Assembly: GCF_963921235.1 (NCBI RefSeq)
Contig: NC_086118.1
Coordinates: 16,990,001-17,054,000, forward strand
Direction of reading: 5' to 3'
Origin: Mobula hypostoma
Lineage: Eukaryota
Length of the DNA stretch: 64,000 nt
Below, piece after piece: positions 50,501 to 64,000 of the stretch; positions within the stretch are counted from its first letter, which is position 1; each line of letters starts with the position of its first letter. The notes under the pieces were generated by a model. The model was not told the origin of the DNA, made no database searches, and worked only from the letters and a program-made list of their open reading frames with translations. The translations under genes and the position numbers were made by a program.

Positions 50501-53500
50501 CTTCAATTACCTATTTGAACTAATCCGCTTCCATTTCTAATTGCTATTGACACTGGAAATCTGTTTCCACATACACCACTCAGGAGAAGCAAGAGGGGAA
50601 GTTGGTGCCCCCATTTCCTCCTAATTTTGGCGATGGAGCGATGCTCTGCTTCAGCACAATGTCGATCTCAGGTGTCCTGGATCCTCACAGTTCACCAAGT
50701 CCTGCCTGCCAGGCTCCACATGGTTATTGCAGCCCTTGCAGAGAATTTGGGAATTGATGTCCATAAATGTGATATAACTGACACAGGTTGGTTGTGTCCA
50801 GAGTATTAGCATTACAATATTTATGTGGTGATATCTATATTTTATTGGCAGTGATTTTCTAAGACTGCAAATTCTTAATATGCTTCATTTTAGGGTTGCT
50901 TGGGGCAAATATGTTTTTTGTTTAAATGATAAAACAGATAATCAGAAGAGCATGTTGACTGTCATCCCCATCTCCTCGCTAGTGCATAGCCTTTTCTATA
51001 GGAGGACACATGCTCTACCAGTTGAAGCTCTCTGCCAATGATGGTATTGCATTGGTTACAGTGTTATCAAGGTAACCTTGTTTAATTGGTTGCTGCTTCA
51101 GTTTCCGGTGATAATGGAGGTGCTGGGTTTCAGGCAGGAGGAGGCTGATGTCAGCATTTTAGTTTGATTATATTAATTCAGAGGCCTAAAAGGAACTTAG
51201 CATGTGAAAGGAATTTATTAAACGTTCCAAGTGATTCTATAAATGTGCCATCTATACTTTGCTTTGTTGTGATGTGTGTTGTGATGTGTGTTTTGCCATT
51301 GCACTGGTGGAGTCAGGTGGTGTTAGGTTCATACCTGTATTGGTCGCAGGTGTGGTAATTCCCATCATGACGACCGGAAGTACAGTAAATAACTTGGGGA
51401 TATGTCTGCAGCCTAAGAACATGAGTAAGGGCAGCAGTATCAGATGGAAGCAACTGGCAAGGCTGATTTGTATGGGATGCTGAACTTTGCAAAGCATCAT
51501 ACTCCTTAAGTGCACAAATTGGTGAGTCCGGAGTTCGAAGCCTAATATTCAGGATCCAGTGTCAGTGAGTCTGGAGTTTGAGGCCTAGTGTTCAGTGATT
51601 GGTGAGTTCTGGGGTCAACATTGAAGATTGAAGCACAAAGGTTGATCAGAGATACAGAAATCAAAGCCCATTAGGTGCAAATTTCTGTGAGTCTTTGGGG
51701 ATGTCCAAGTTCCAGTGTCTGCAGTCCAAGTCTACTGGAGGCCAAAGACAGTCTGTCCTGTGATTGAAGAACCGTGTATGTAGGTGGGTGGGTGGAGTAA
51801 TAACACAGCTTTTTTTGCTGCTTGTTGTGTTCTGGTAATTGATGATGTTCTTTGTTGTGTTTGTTGAGAATTGTTGGCATGCCATGTTTGCGCCAGAAGA
51901 TGGCAATACTCGCGGGATGCCCCCGGCACAACCTTGGGTGTGATGGCTGTTAATTCAAACTATACATTTCACTGTACGTTTCCATGTACTCGTGATAATT
52001 AAATCTGCATCCTGATTCTTGAATCTTGCCAATCCATCAATGTAGTCAGCTTAGACCACTGATCTAAGTAATAGGCAGAGATAAAAATTCAAATAGAGAC
52101 ACAGTAGCTAATTTCACAAATAGACAGTGATTGTAGTCGAGAACCTAAAAAAGTATATGTTGATTGTGCTTTTTGTTCAGAAGTGTTGGAGAAATGAAGG
52201 GTTACCCATGCCTGACTCTGCTGGGGCAGAAAATCCCACAAAGTTTGATGTTGGCCTTGAGTTCCAACCTGAAATGAAATTCTTCACATGGTGAAGTGCA
52301 ACATAATAAATCGTTTAGCAGTGAAGGATAAACATTTCTATTTCTTCTGTAAACACAAACATTGCTGAATTGTTCTGGTGAGATTAAAAGAAAAGTTCAC
52401 CCATGACAGACTGTGATTCTTTCTGTTGTTGGTGTTTGTGAGAATGAATTCTGTAGCTAATGTTTGTTGATTCATCTACTAATCTGCTCTATTAAATCAA
52501 CAGATTAAAATTACGTACAACATTTGATCTCGGGCAATTCCTTTATGTCAATGAGTCATAAGTTAACTTTCACATATTTTGTAGCAGACAGATATAAATA
52601 TAGGCAGATTTACAGTTAACTGTGGATAAGTCATGCCCATAAACACTATAAATGGAAAATATAAATGATTTTATTCGTTAAAATATTTAATTATGGGCCA
52701 GATACAACAGAGATTTGAAGTGCATTGAGGAACATTTCAAATTCTAAAGCAAGTAGTTTCACCAGGCTTTAGAGGAGATAAAGAAATCAATGATCTGCAT
52801 CAGAGCTGCAGATGTAATCACAGATAGTAACACAGAATAAATATAACCGTGCATAAATAAATAGCTTCCTAATCACTAAAATTAATTTTTACAGAGATTT
52901 ACATGGTGCATTTTACAACCAAAATATTTCCTCATATGACAAAAATCTGAAGATTCTTAAATTACTGTGCAAACATCATCAATTTTTCTTGATAAAGGAG
53001 TGATTAAAGGTTGCCTCTGCTGTACAGCACTAGCATCTAAAGGGTCACTATGCAACCCTGGAGACGTGGACCACTTTTCCCATCTCAGCTAAGCAGAAAT
53101 TCTTGGACTACCACCGCCTTGAAATGTGACAACGGTCAGTTGAGGAAAGGGGTATTTAAAGATCAAGACCTCAGTTTGAGCACAAGACTCATGGTCGACC
53201 AGCAGCAGTGATTTCTGACTTTGAATATGCTTCTGAGAGCAGGATTACCTACAGCAGGCGTCACCAGGCACTGAAACAACATCACCATCACTCATCACAA
53301 CCAGCTCCTCCACATCCAGTGACATTATATGTAAACTAATGACAGCATTCTCCCCCAGACCAACAATCTCAGCACTGGGGTAATGTTTTCATTCAGTCAG
53401 CTCCACTGAGCACGCCAGGCCATTAATGTGCCTGACACCAGCTTCCTGTATTGTGAACTCTGTCATGGGAAACGACTACCAGACTGAAAGGGAAAAATGT

Positions 53501-54719
53501 TCAAGGTTGGCCTCCAAGTCTTCATAAAGAAATGCTGCATCCCAACCAATTCCCAGGAATCCCCAGACTTTAACCACTCAAAGTACATTGAGAATGTCAA
53601 AAGAGCAAAATATGGAAAAAGATACGGAAAAGAGAGAGGCAAGACTGTCACGTTGGCAATGTTGGAACCCAAGTGTGGAGGACAGACAGTCTGTTGTAGC
53701 GATAACAATGACAGTTTATTCATAATAATTCCAAAAGGACTAGGATTGCAATTAGTGCTAGTCAGGCATCTGGTTGAATAATACAAGTCACATGGAATCC
53801 CAGAGCCTATCAAAATAAACATAACAAGTTTAAACAAACAGCACCAGGACACCATATTACAAAGTGTGAATCACTCAAGAAAAACACAAGGAACTTGAAA
53901 TGATTAACAACTGTTATTAAACAACAATAAACTAGTTCAGGTGTTCTAAAAAACCTCACAGCCCAGTGCTCTCTGGCGCCCCACACAGGCCCGGAGGTCT
54001 CATTACAGAGACAGACTAGAGTTGAAAGGAAAGATATATTCTTAATATTATTAAAATGATTCAATATAAAAGGAAGTAATTCCTCAAAGTTATTAGAGGT
54101 ATTGGCAAAAAACACCCTTGGTTTATGGAATTAATTGAAATCCATGGGAGGAATGTGATCTAGGAATCTCATCTCACCCAACTGTTAAAATGAATAATTT
54201 ATTGTGTAAAATAAAACTTCTATGTCTCCATAGGTAATCCTACTCACTAAAGCACTAGTCAATCTCTCATACTCTAGACTGCCCAAATGACTGGAAAAAA
54301 ATCCTGTACTTTATTCTCTGTTTCTTGTTGTAGTGATTTTCATTTTAATCACAGAGCATATTGATACCTCCAGTGACTTCTCTGCCCAAACAGCTAATGC
54401 GCTCACTAGGCAAGAAGGTCAGAACAATTACTTTTGCTTTTAGAGCCCTGCTTATTGTGGTCAGCCATCTATCTCAGGTGATGTGATAGGACACCGATGC
54501 GCAAGAGCAGATTTAGCTGGTTCACTGAAAACAAAAGGCTCCTTCTGAAGACAGTATCCCCCAACATGAATCACCTGTGCAGGAGCCATTAACAACAACG
54601 CAATACTAAGTGGTACTATTATGTTTTATGTCTAAAATCAAATCAGGCACTACTTACACTGTAATGTACAGGACAGTTACTGACAGAGTTGCTGGATTTA
54701 CCTGTATTGTTGAAATAGA

Positions 54720-55135
54720 GTTATAAAGTCATAGAAAAGTACTGCATAGAACAGGCCTTTTGACCAATTTAGTCCGTGCCAAACCACTTAAACTGCCTAC
54801 TCCCATCAACCTGCACTGGGACCATAGTCATCTATATCCCTGTCATCCATGTACCTACCCAAACCTCTCTTAAACATCAAAATCAAGCATGCATACACCA
54901 CTTGTGCTGGCAGCTTGTTCCATGCTCTCACGACCCTCTGAGTGAAGAAGTTTCCCTCATTTTCCCCCTAAACCTTTCACCCTTAACTAATGACCTCCAG
55001 TTGTAGTTCTACCCAACATCAGTGGAAAAAAGCCTGTTTGCATTTAGCCCATCCGTATTCCTCATAATTTTGTATACCTTTATAAAATCTCCTCTCAATC
55101 TTCGATGCTCCAAGAAATAAGTACCAAGGAACTTT
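54720..55135 (-). mobile_element. CR1 LINE 3' fragment
   Basis: Typical CR1 3' end (catagaaaagtac...gaacaggcc; accctctgagtgaagaagttt; ataattttgtatacct). Confidence 0.72.
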
Positions 55136-58100
55136 AAACTGAGATGTTAACTCACTTGATAAGAATCCATACTCCATCCATTGTATCAACTGCCCTTCAG
55201 AGATCATTTCTAACTATTGACAGTTCTCCCTTTAAAATTTATGTACTCCGTTAAGAAGAAAAGCTTTAATCAAGCTGATTGCAATAATGCAAGTGTGATA
55301 ACAGTAAAAGGCACATGTTAAATAAAATCAGTCTCAATTCACCACAGAAAGGTTACAGACTGAAAATGTCCTAAATTAAGCATACATTGGAATCAATTCA
55401 GCAACCTGCTTCTAAGAGACCACAAGAGTACAAAATAAGAACAGACTTGGAGCAGTTGATATGAACTTGACCCCTTATACAAGCCGTAGTCAGACTCAAA
55501 GATAAACAATACTGAGCCAAGAGACAAAAGATCAAAAGTCACAAACTGTAGGAATTACACGCCCTAAATACTATTTGCTTGGAAGTAAAAAGTGAACAAG
55601 TTTTAAATTTCTCTTATTTCTACTCACTATGCACAAGAAAATAATTATACACAGTAGAAAAAGTAAAAAATTAATTGTGACAAATAACACCTGTTATAAT
55701 CATCAGTAAAAGCATCCAAATAGCAGCAATGCCTGGTTTATTGGTCTTCTTCATTTTACTATATGCAAAATGCACGTGGTTTAGAACTTGAAAGAATTTT
55801 TCTATCCTTTACTCAAGAGACATCAAGTGAACTCCATGGAGACAACACAATGCCAGCAACTGTGGTGGCAGTGAAAACAAGTTAAAAGTACGCTTTTTAT
55901 ATCGAATGATTTGCCCATTCTCAAGATGTTGATTTCTTGGCACTGGGTGGTCTCAAATCCCACAGGGTCTTTTCTTCCTTTGCACATCATTCCAGTAAAG
56001 TGAAGCAATGTGTTCAAATGAACTCTAATCATGCCCCCATCCTAGGAAATCCCAAAGCACTCAAGAGAAACTGCCCTACAATTGCCATCAGGCACATGCG
56101 AAAAGTGTGGCTCAGCTATCATTTCAAAACTCACTGCACCAACGGCAACCCTAGTCGTAAAGCTTAAATAAGCATGTCTGATATGTTCTCGTCTTCTCTC
56201 ATGTCTTGTACCTAGTAACTGGTCTATCATTGTCACACGTACTGAGAAACAGAGAAAAGTTTTGTTTTGCATGCCTTTGGAAACACAGGTACATTGAGGT
56301 AGTACAAAAGGAAAAACAATAACAGGATGCAGAGAAAGTGTAGTGCAGGTAAACAAAGAAGATGCAAGGACCATGCTGAGGTAGATCGAGAGATCAAGAG
56401 TTCACCTTTATTGTACAAAAGGTCCATTAAGCAGTCTTATAACAGCAGGACAGAAGCAGTCCCTGTGCCCGGTGATACATGTTCTCGAGCTTTTGTACCT
56501 TCTGACCAACGGAAGGAGTAAAGGGGTAAGAAGAGAGAAGGCAGAATGGGAGGGGTCTTCGATTATGTACTTTTCCAAGGCAATGGAAGTGTAAATGGAA
56601 TAGGCTGGTCCTGGACTTATTTCCTGGCATAATTTACATATCGCTATTTATCTATTTATTGTTTTATTACTATTTATTATTTATAGTGCAACTGTAACAA
56701 AACCCAATTTCCCCCGGGATCAATAAAGTATGACTATGACTATGACTAAACAGGCAATGTGGGGGGGGGGGCGGGAGGGATGTGAGAACGGTTTTCATGA
56801 CAGATTGAGCTTTGTCCAAGACTTTCTTCAGAGTCTTGGACAGAACACTTACCATACCAAGCTGTGATGCCTCTGCTTAGGATGCTCTCTGCGATGAATC
56901 TGTAAAAAATTGGTGAGTCAATGGAAGGGTCAATTTTCCCCCGTCTCCTGAGGAAGTAGGGGTGTTGGTGTGCTTTCTGATGAATAAGAGTTTGATGCTA
57001 GATCTTCACAAATCATGTGTTTGTGAGATACCAGGGAGTATTCTTAGGCAGTGCATTGGGATCAAGTATGGTGAGGTAAACACTTACACAAACTGGATAT
57101 GAGTAACTGATATCGCAGTCGATGAGTAGGTTGTGAAATGATGTACACGTTCCACTGCTTTACAGCAGGAGACTTCTTGAGCTTTCCAATGCCAACACAG
57201 ATGTTCTTTCTCCATTCTGAACAGCTCTGGGGGAATCCCAAGAATTCAAGCAGCTCTTCAAAGTTTTGAGCAAATCCTTATATCTTTTGATTTGTGCCAC
57301 ATTTTACACCAGAAGACCTGTAATGAAGTTGTCAGAATCCACTAACAGCAAAAAAAAGGAATGCATACAGACTGCAATAAATGTATATATGACCTTTTAA
57401 TGAGGACAAATATTTCCTGCACATTTGAAAAAGCCATTTAACAATGAGTGACTGCACAGCATTCTATTCAAAATTAAGACAGTATCATCATACATGATCC
57501 TTCACTGCTGCACATACCATGAAAATATACAAAATTGCCAGTTCAAATTGCCTGGGACAGCTGCTCACAGATCTCCAAATGTGCCCAAACATTTGCTATT
57601 GGTATAAATCATCCTTCAGTACCCAGCAGCACATATATTTTGTGGCAAGCAACATTACGTTTTTGAAAGTAATTGGACTCTGTTGTTATTCCTTGAACAA
57701 ATTATTTCAAAGAAGGGATGTGCCTCAGAGAATGAAGCCAAATTACAGACAGTATATCAACATAGTTGGATTTAATAAAGGTATTTCTTAGGAGCTAAAC
57801 TACAAATTCAAGTACTGCTTCACTGGGTTAATTTATATCCACAGGAATTCCTGATTTTAACCATGGTTTTGGGGAGAAAACTGGAATGACTCGTCCCCAA
57901 GGAAGTAATTTATATACATTTTCAGTATCTGTTGTTGTTCTCTGATTACTTTTATTGTTAATGAACAGGAGGATGACATTAGTGATGGTGGCATCTTGGG
58001 TACAGCAGTAGTGTGGCTAGCTTAACCCCAATCTCCAGTGCTGCCTGTGTGATGGAGGCACATTCTCCAATGTAACTGTAGCAATTACTCAAAAAAAGCA

Positions 58101-58299
58101 AAACCGCTGAGAAACTAACCCTGGGTAATCAACATGTATGATGCAATTTCAAATAACAAATTTTCAAACTGAAAAAGGTATAAGGAAACCAGCAAAGATG
58201 AATGATCTTTAAGCAATCGAAAACTAATGAAACTAAATTAGCGATATAATGATCTTAGCGTTCAAATCAGCATAACAATGGATTCTAATTAGCAATATT

Positions 58300-59660
58300 T
58301 CCTCTTCTTCATGTGCCTTGTGCATTACACACTTTGGCGATCATGGCTTTCCACATCGAACGATCCCACGCAGCATCAATGATATCCCGTACACTTAGAT
58401 CAGTTAGTTCTTTCACAGTATCCATATATTTTCTTCTTTGCCTTCCTCTTCCGCGTTTCCTAGGCATCCGGCCTTGTAATGTAAGGCATTCTATTTCTCC
58501 CTTTCTGATGATATGGCCCAGGAATTTAAGTGTCCTCTCATTTAATGTTCTCATTAAAGATCTTTTTGTATGGGCACGTTGGAGTACTGTCTCATTAGTT
58601 ACCCAATCTCTGTATGATATTTTCAGTGTTCTTCTAAGAAACCACATTTATAGTAGTAGTCATAGTCATACTTTATTGATCCCGGGGGAAATTGGTTTTC
58701 ATTACAGTTGCACCATAAATAATTAAATAGTAATAAAACCATAAATAATTGTAATACATAAATTATGCCGCGAAGTAAGTCCCAGACCATCCTATTGGCT
58801 CAGGGTGTCTGAACCTCCAAGGGAGGAGTTGTAAAGTTTGATGGCCACAGGCGGGAATGACTTCCTATGACGCTCTGTGTTGCATCTCAGTGGTATGAGT
58901 CTCTGGCTGAATGTATTCCTGTGCCCAACCAGTACATTATGTAGTGGATGGGAGACATTGTCCAAGATGGCATGCAACTTGGACAGCATCCTCTTTTCAG
59001 ACACCAACGTCAGAGAGACCAGTTTCATCCCCACAACATCACTGGCCTTACGAATGAGTTTGTTGATTCTGTTGGGTTCTGCTACCCTCAGCCTGCTGCC
59101 CCAGCACACAACAGCAAACGTGATTGCACTGGCCACCACAGACTCGTAGAACATCCTCAGCATCATCGGACAGATGTTAAAGAACCTCAGTCTCCTCAGG
59201 AAATAGAGGCGGCTCTAACCCTTCTTGTAGACAGCCTCAGTGTTCTTTGACCAGTCCAGTTTATTGTCAATTCGTATCCCCAGGTACTTGTAATCCTCCA
59301 CCATGTCCACACTGACCCCCTGGATGGAAACAGGGGTCACCGGTGCCTTAGCTCTCCTCAGGTCTACCACCAGCTCCTTAGTCTTTTTCACATTAAGCTG
59401 CAGATAATTCTGCTCACACAATGTGACAAAGTTTCCTACCGTAGCCCTGTACTCAGCCTCATCTCCCTTGCCGATGCATCCAACTATGGCAGAGTCATCA
59501 GAAAACTTCTGAAGATGACAAGACTCTGTGCAGTAGTTGAAGTCCAAGGTGTAAATGGTGAAGAGAAAGGGAGACATTTCTGTTGCTTCTAAGTTTCCTT
59601 GGAGTTCTGGTGTTATAGTCCATGTTTTGGAAGCATACAGCAAGACTGAGATAACTAACC
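58300..59660 (-). mobile_element. RTE LINE 3' fragment split by a Rex1 insertion
   Basis: SVLLYASKTWT...LEATEM (59577-59650) continues as WFLRRTLKISY...VTNETVL...LKFLGHIIRK...RGRGRQRRKY (58309-58647); short GAA tail. Confidence 0.9.
58650..59573 (-). mobile_element. Rex1/Babar-type LINE, 5'-truncated, with a 6-bp TSD
   Basis: SPFLFTIYTLDF, QKFSDDSAIVG, LNVKKTKELVVDLR, YKYLG, FYESVVASAI; TSD ACATTT at 58644-58649 and 59574-59579; (tagtca)/(tag)n tail. Confidence 0.92.
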
Positions 59661-60582
59661 ATTCCAATTAGCGAAGTTAGCATTCCGATTAGCAAAGTAG
59701 TTAGCAATCCAGTTAGCATTCTAATAACATCCCAATTAGTGATCTATTTAGCGAACTAATGAGGTTAGTTAGCTAACTAGCCTTTTTTTGTGGTCAACAA
59801 AAAAGTATCATTCTCAGTGGTTCAACCCCTCTCCTCTAGACTAAACTATACAACGAATCTAAAGTGTGAATGCGTAACCATACTCATTTGCTTCTACTAC
59901 ACTGTAATCCACGTGACGGATTACCATAATAAATGTGTCACAAAATACAAAGCAGACAAAAAAGATTGAAAGGTTCACTTCATTATCATAATATGTATGC
60001 AGAATACAACTCTGAGATTAGTCTTCACCAGGTAACATGAAATATAGAAAAAACATGGAGCTCATTGAAAGAAAAGACATCAACCAACCCCCAGCCTGCA
60101 CGATAAAAAGGAAACAAAATTTCGCAAACTCCAAACCCCACCAACCTCTCCCTCACATAAAAACTAACCACCCACCTGGAAAATGGCAGTTAGAACAGCA
60201 AATCCCAAACCCCCAACCACCTCCCTCCCACACAAAAACTGACAGATCCCCCACATGGAAAACACCAACAAGAACATCAGACCCCAAATTCTCAACTTTT
60301 CCCTCGCACAAAAAAAAATCACATTTCGCCCACAAGGACAGCAAATCCCCAAACCCCAACCCCCTAACTCACCAATGGGCAACAAGAAAGAAAATACATG
60401 ACTAAAGTGGTTAGAAAAAAAGATACATGGCTCTGACAGTAATCATGTGTTCCTGAAGGTGTTCCCATTTTCTCCTAGATTCTAAAGGTTTAGGGTTTAA
60501 CTGGCTGGTTTAAATTGCCCCTAGTATGTAGGTTTGTGGCAGAGTCTATACAAGGCTGATGGGAAATTGGCAAGAATAAAGT

Positions 60583-60774
60583 AAGCGACACACATAAAAG
60601 TTGCTGGTGAACGCAGCAGGCCAGGCAGCATCTCTAGAAAGAGGTGCGGTCGACGTTTCAGGCCGAGACCCTTCGTCAGGACTAACTGAAGGAACTTCCT
60701 TCCACATAACAGCAACTTTTATGTGTGTTGCTTGAATTTCCAGCATCTGCAGAATTCCTGTTGTTTGCGTTTTT
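60583..60774. mobile_element. Miniature Penelope terminal insertion with an inverted segment, a hammerhead and an 11-bp TSD
   Basis: TSD AAGAATAAAGT at 60572-60582 and 60775-60785; inverted repeat 60583-60606 against 60710-60733; intact minus-strand hammerhead at 60647-60684. Confidence 0.88.
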
Positions 60775-60809
60775 AAGAATAAAGTTAGATTACTCGAAAT
60801 GGGTCAACA

Positions 60810-61340
60810 TACTAAGTACTGGAGGAACAGAAGGTCTGGCAGCATAAATAGTAGGAAATGGATAGTTACTGTTTTGGGTTGTCACGAGCCTTCATCCAGA
60901 CGCACGATGGAGTGGAGATAGCCTGTATAAAAAAGTGGAGAGTAGGGGTGGAACAAGATGATAGTAGAGGAGGTTAACAGGCAGGTGAATAAGGGAAGAC
61001 AGTGGGAATGATGTCAGAAGCTGGGATGTGATAGTTGAAAGTGACAAAGGGCTGCAGCTGATGAAATCCGATAGGAGCTGAAGGTAGAGCATGGAATTCA
61101 GGGAGGCATTTCGATAGGGCAACCAGTGGGGAAGAGAGTGTGAGTGATGGACAGATGGAGAGGGTAAGGGAGGGGAGAAAGATAGGATGAAGGAAAATCA
61201 GGAGAAGAGAGATAAGATAAAAGGGTAAAAGGACATAGGGGAACAGTGACTGGAAGTTGAAAAACTCAATGTATATGCTACAAGGTTAGCAACTACCCAG
61301 GCAGTAGAGGAAGCCAACAACAGATGTGTAGGTCTGGGAG
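60810..61340 (-). mobile_element. Old Penelope-like 3' fragment
   Basis: Same layout as the younger copies: degenerate hammerhead near 60870-60900, purine-rich tract, gaagttgaaaaactcaatgt. Confidence 0.65.
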
Positions 61341-61411
61341 AAGGAGGAGCTAAGATGGCTGGCCACAAGGAGATCCAGGTGACCACAAAAGAAGGAATGA
61401 AGTGAAGCATT

Positions 61412-61916
61412 CACAAAATCTGCATCTGATCTCACAGGGAGCTCTATCACACAAACCAATCTTCCGTCCATGGACTCACTTTCCACCGCAAGCTGTCGGA
61501 GCAGTGCTACCAGGATAATCAAGGACACGACCCACCCAGCCAACACACTTTTTGTCCCTCTTCAAGAAGGTTCAAGAGCTTGAAGACTCGCACGGCCAGA
61601 TTTGGGAACAGCTTCTTTCCAGCTGTGATAAGATTGCTGAACGGATCCTGACCCAGATCTGGGCCGTACCCTCCAAATATCCGGACCTGCCTCTTGGTTT
61701 TTTTGCACTACCTTACTTCCCATTTTTCCATTTTCTATTTATGATTTACAATTTACACTTCTAATATTTACTAATTTTAACTATTTTTAATATCTTTAAT
61801 ATTTAATATTTGTAATCCAGGGAGAGTGAAGCGCAGAATCAAATATCGCTGTGATGATTTACGTTCTAGTACCAATTGTTTGGTGACAATAAAGTATAAA
61901 GTACAAGTATAAAGTA
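61412..61916 (+). mobile_element. Rex1/Babar-type LINE 3' end
   Basis: Encodes IIKDTTHPANTLF.PL; tail aataaagtataaagtacaagtataaagta. Confidence 0.78.
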
Positions 61917-63724
61917 TCCCTGCACTGCCTGTGAGTGGGGTGCTGAGTGTGTTTGGGCAGAAGCCATGGCTTCCCACCAGCAGCTGTATCAAGCCACAGA
62001 TTTCAAGGAAGAGTCCTTAGGATTTGGGTGTTGGTGTGGGATGTGGGTATGAGTACAGGATTGGTTCAGAGATCACGTTGGTATGTAGTAGGTTTGTGGC
62101 AAGAATCTATGGATGGGAGATAGATTGCTAAACAATGCAGGAGAGGAAGGTGGGAGATTATTTATAGTTGGGGACTGGCAGTGTAGGATCAGGAAATGCA
62201 CTGAAGTTTCAGATCAGTGTGCGGTGATGTCAGATGAGAATTTCTGAATTGGAGGTCTGATTCATTGTGATAAAAGAACTCACGAGGAACTAGCGGTAGT
62301 TGCTCAGGCGGTCCATCTTTAGATACAAGAAACTGCGGATGGTGGAAATCTGGATCAACACACACAAAATGGTGGAGCCCAAAACTTCATTTTCTTCCAT
62401 AGATGCTGCCTGACCCCTGAATTCCTCCAGTATTGCATGTGTATTGAGTCCACTTTAAAGTTACTGAACAGTTCTATGAAGTCCGATTCTGCATGATAGC
62501 CCTTGCTCCAGTACTGGGTCCTCTATATTAGCGTGCATCATACAAACAAGAAACCAAGAACAAAAATCAGAGAACTTCACCATCTACATAATCAATTCTG
62601 AATTTCCATCACAATTTACTCCTTTTAGAAACTGGGTTGTGTGGCACATGAAAGTATGTTGTTACTAGATATAGATTTTTTTTTACACTACAAAGATGAT
62701 ACATTCAGAATGATCACATTCTACAACAGACTCCATTCTACATTCTACAATGTTTCCTGTACACAGGCATGAACCGGTTACTTATAAGAATAACTTTCAC
62801 TCTACACAGACTTTTACTGGTTGCACTGGAGTCTCAAGTTACATTTCAAAAAGCCAAGCTGACCCTTAGCTTGGCTCATCCTTGAACATCTCCCGCCCTC
62901 CCACATCAAGGATTGAGGGGAAATAAGGCACAGGGATGCATTAAAGTACATTTTCCCAAATCTAGGTTTGAAGTAAAATATTGATTGACGGGAAACAAAC
63001 ATATCTGTCTCTGTGCGGGGGTGGGGGGTGGGGGAGGGGTAGAAGAAAAATATAAAATGGAAATAAAAAATTATTTTTCCTTATTCAATTCCTTGATGAG
63101 TATTGATATTCTGAAGAATTATTAGAGCATTACCCTGAAATATTACTGAAGCAAATATCATTGTCCTGAAATAATAAACTAATTTCGTATTTGCAGTTGA
63201 ATTTACAAGGAAAGAAGCTATTAAAACGTCTTTCGTCTTAATTTCTCTAAAAATTTGATAGTATATCAGCGCACCCACAAATATTGCTCATGAACTTGAG
63301 ATTGTAGTCAGTACTGAAATCAAACTACATTTGCAGTGTATATTTGCAGGCCATTTAGATGCATTTATTTGGCTTTTACTACAAAAAATGTCTTTTGGCA
63401 CCTTCATTCCAATAAATTCTTAACATCAAAAGAATCTGCTCTGAGCTCATGGATTCTAATTGCATAAAGGTGCCTGTTTGAAACTTGTGATGCCAAAAAG
63501 AAATCATAGAGCAATGACCCAAAACATGCAGATATTGTGAATCACAGAACCCACACTGCACTCAAGCTCAGGTACCTCGCAGGCATCGCTTCCCTGCCAA
63601 GAGCAAAACACGACAACCTTAACTCAATCAAGAAATCTGTGTTGAACTAAATAGCACAGTTCATATCCACATGATATGGTTTGAAGCTTGTGTTAAAGTA
63701 TTAGCCCAAGGGAATATACTTTTG

Positions 63725-63728
<4 letters not shown>

Positions 63729-63772
<44 letters not shown>
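63729..63772. repeat. (GT)n microsatellite
   Basis: About 22 uninterrupted GT units. Confidence 0.98.
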
Positions 63773-63775
<3 letters not shown>

Positions 63776-64000
63776 TACATGTTGGTGTATGTAGGTGAAT
63801 TTTTCTAAACGAGGCAATGCTCATGGGAGGTTTTAAGTGAAGCTATCCTTACGAATTCACGAGCTTAGGTCTAGCTGTCGAAAGTGCTGGCTGGGATCAA
63901 AGTATGTGATTCATCTGCACCCATACAGCCCAGTGCAGGTGCAATCAAAATGAGCTACCCTCCAACGAGTCATTTCTAGTGCACAAGCGTTACTCCAGAT

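Noticed and set aside
57088..57317. Minus-strand coding exon ending at GTAAGT
   Set aside because: All three frames from the plausible acceptor contain stops, and the open sub-frame lacks a polypyrimidine tract.

Overview
Repeat-rich, AT-rich vertebrate genomic DNA, most likely a large intron or intergenic region. The mix of repeat families suggests a cartilaginous fish such as a ray (inference). No intact protein-coding gene could be recognised. The window is dominated by decayed mobile elements: an RTE LINE (1-2745); a CR1 LINE (about 9060-15035) interrupted by a Tigger/pogo derivative and a 5'-truncated HERO-type restriction-like-endonuclease retrotransposon; an IR/DR Tc1 element; a hAT-Charlie derivative with an 8-bp target-site duplication (TSD); several Rex1/Babar LINE 3' fragments; tRNA-derived SINEs; and many Penelope-like (GIY-YIG) fragments carrying minimal hammerhead ribozymes. 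The most striking signal lies in the sense-strand 3' UTR of the HERO element: all hammerhead core motifs and three stems are present, but in a non-circularly permuted (pseudoknotted) order. Also notable are six re-copied 31-nt units with variable junction bases at the 5' end of a Penelope insertion. A few possible minus-strand exons and enhancer/CTCF-like segments are reported at low confidence. Family names come from motif recognition only; no database search was run.
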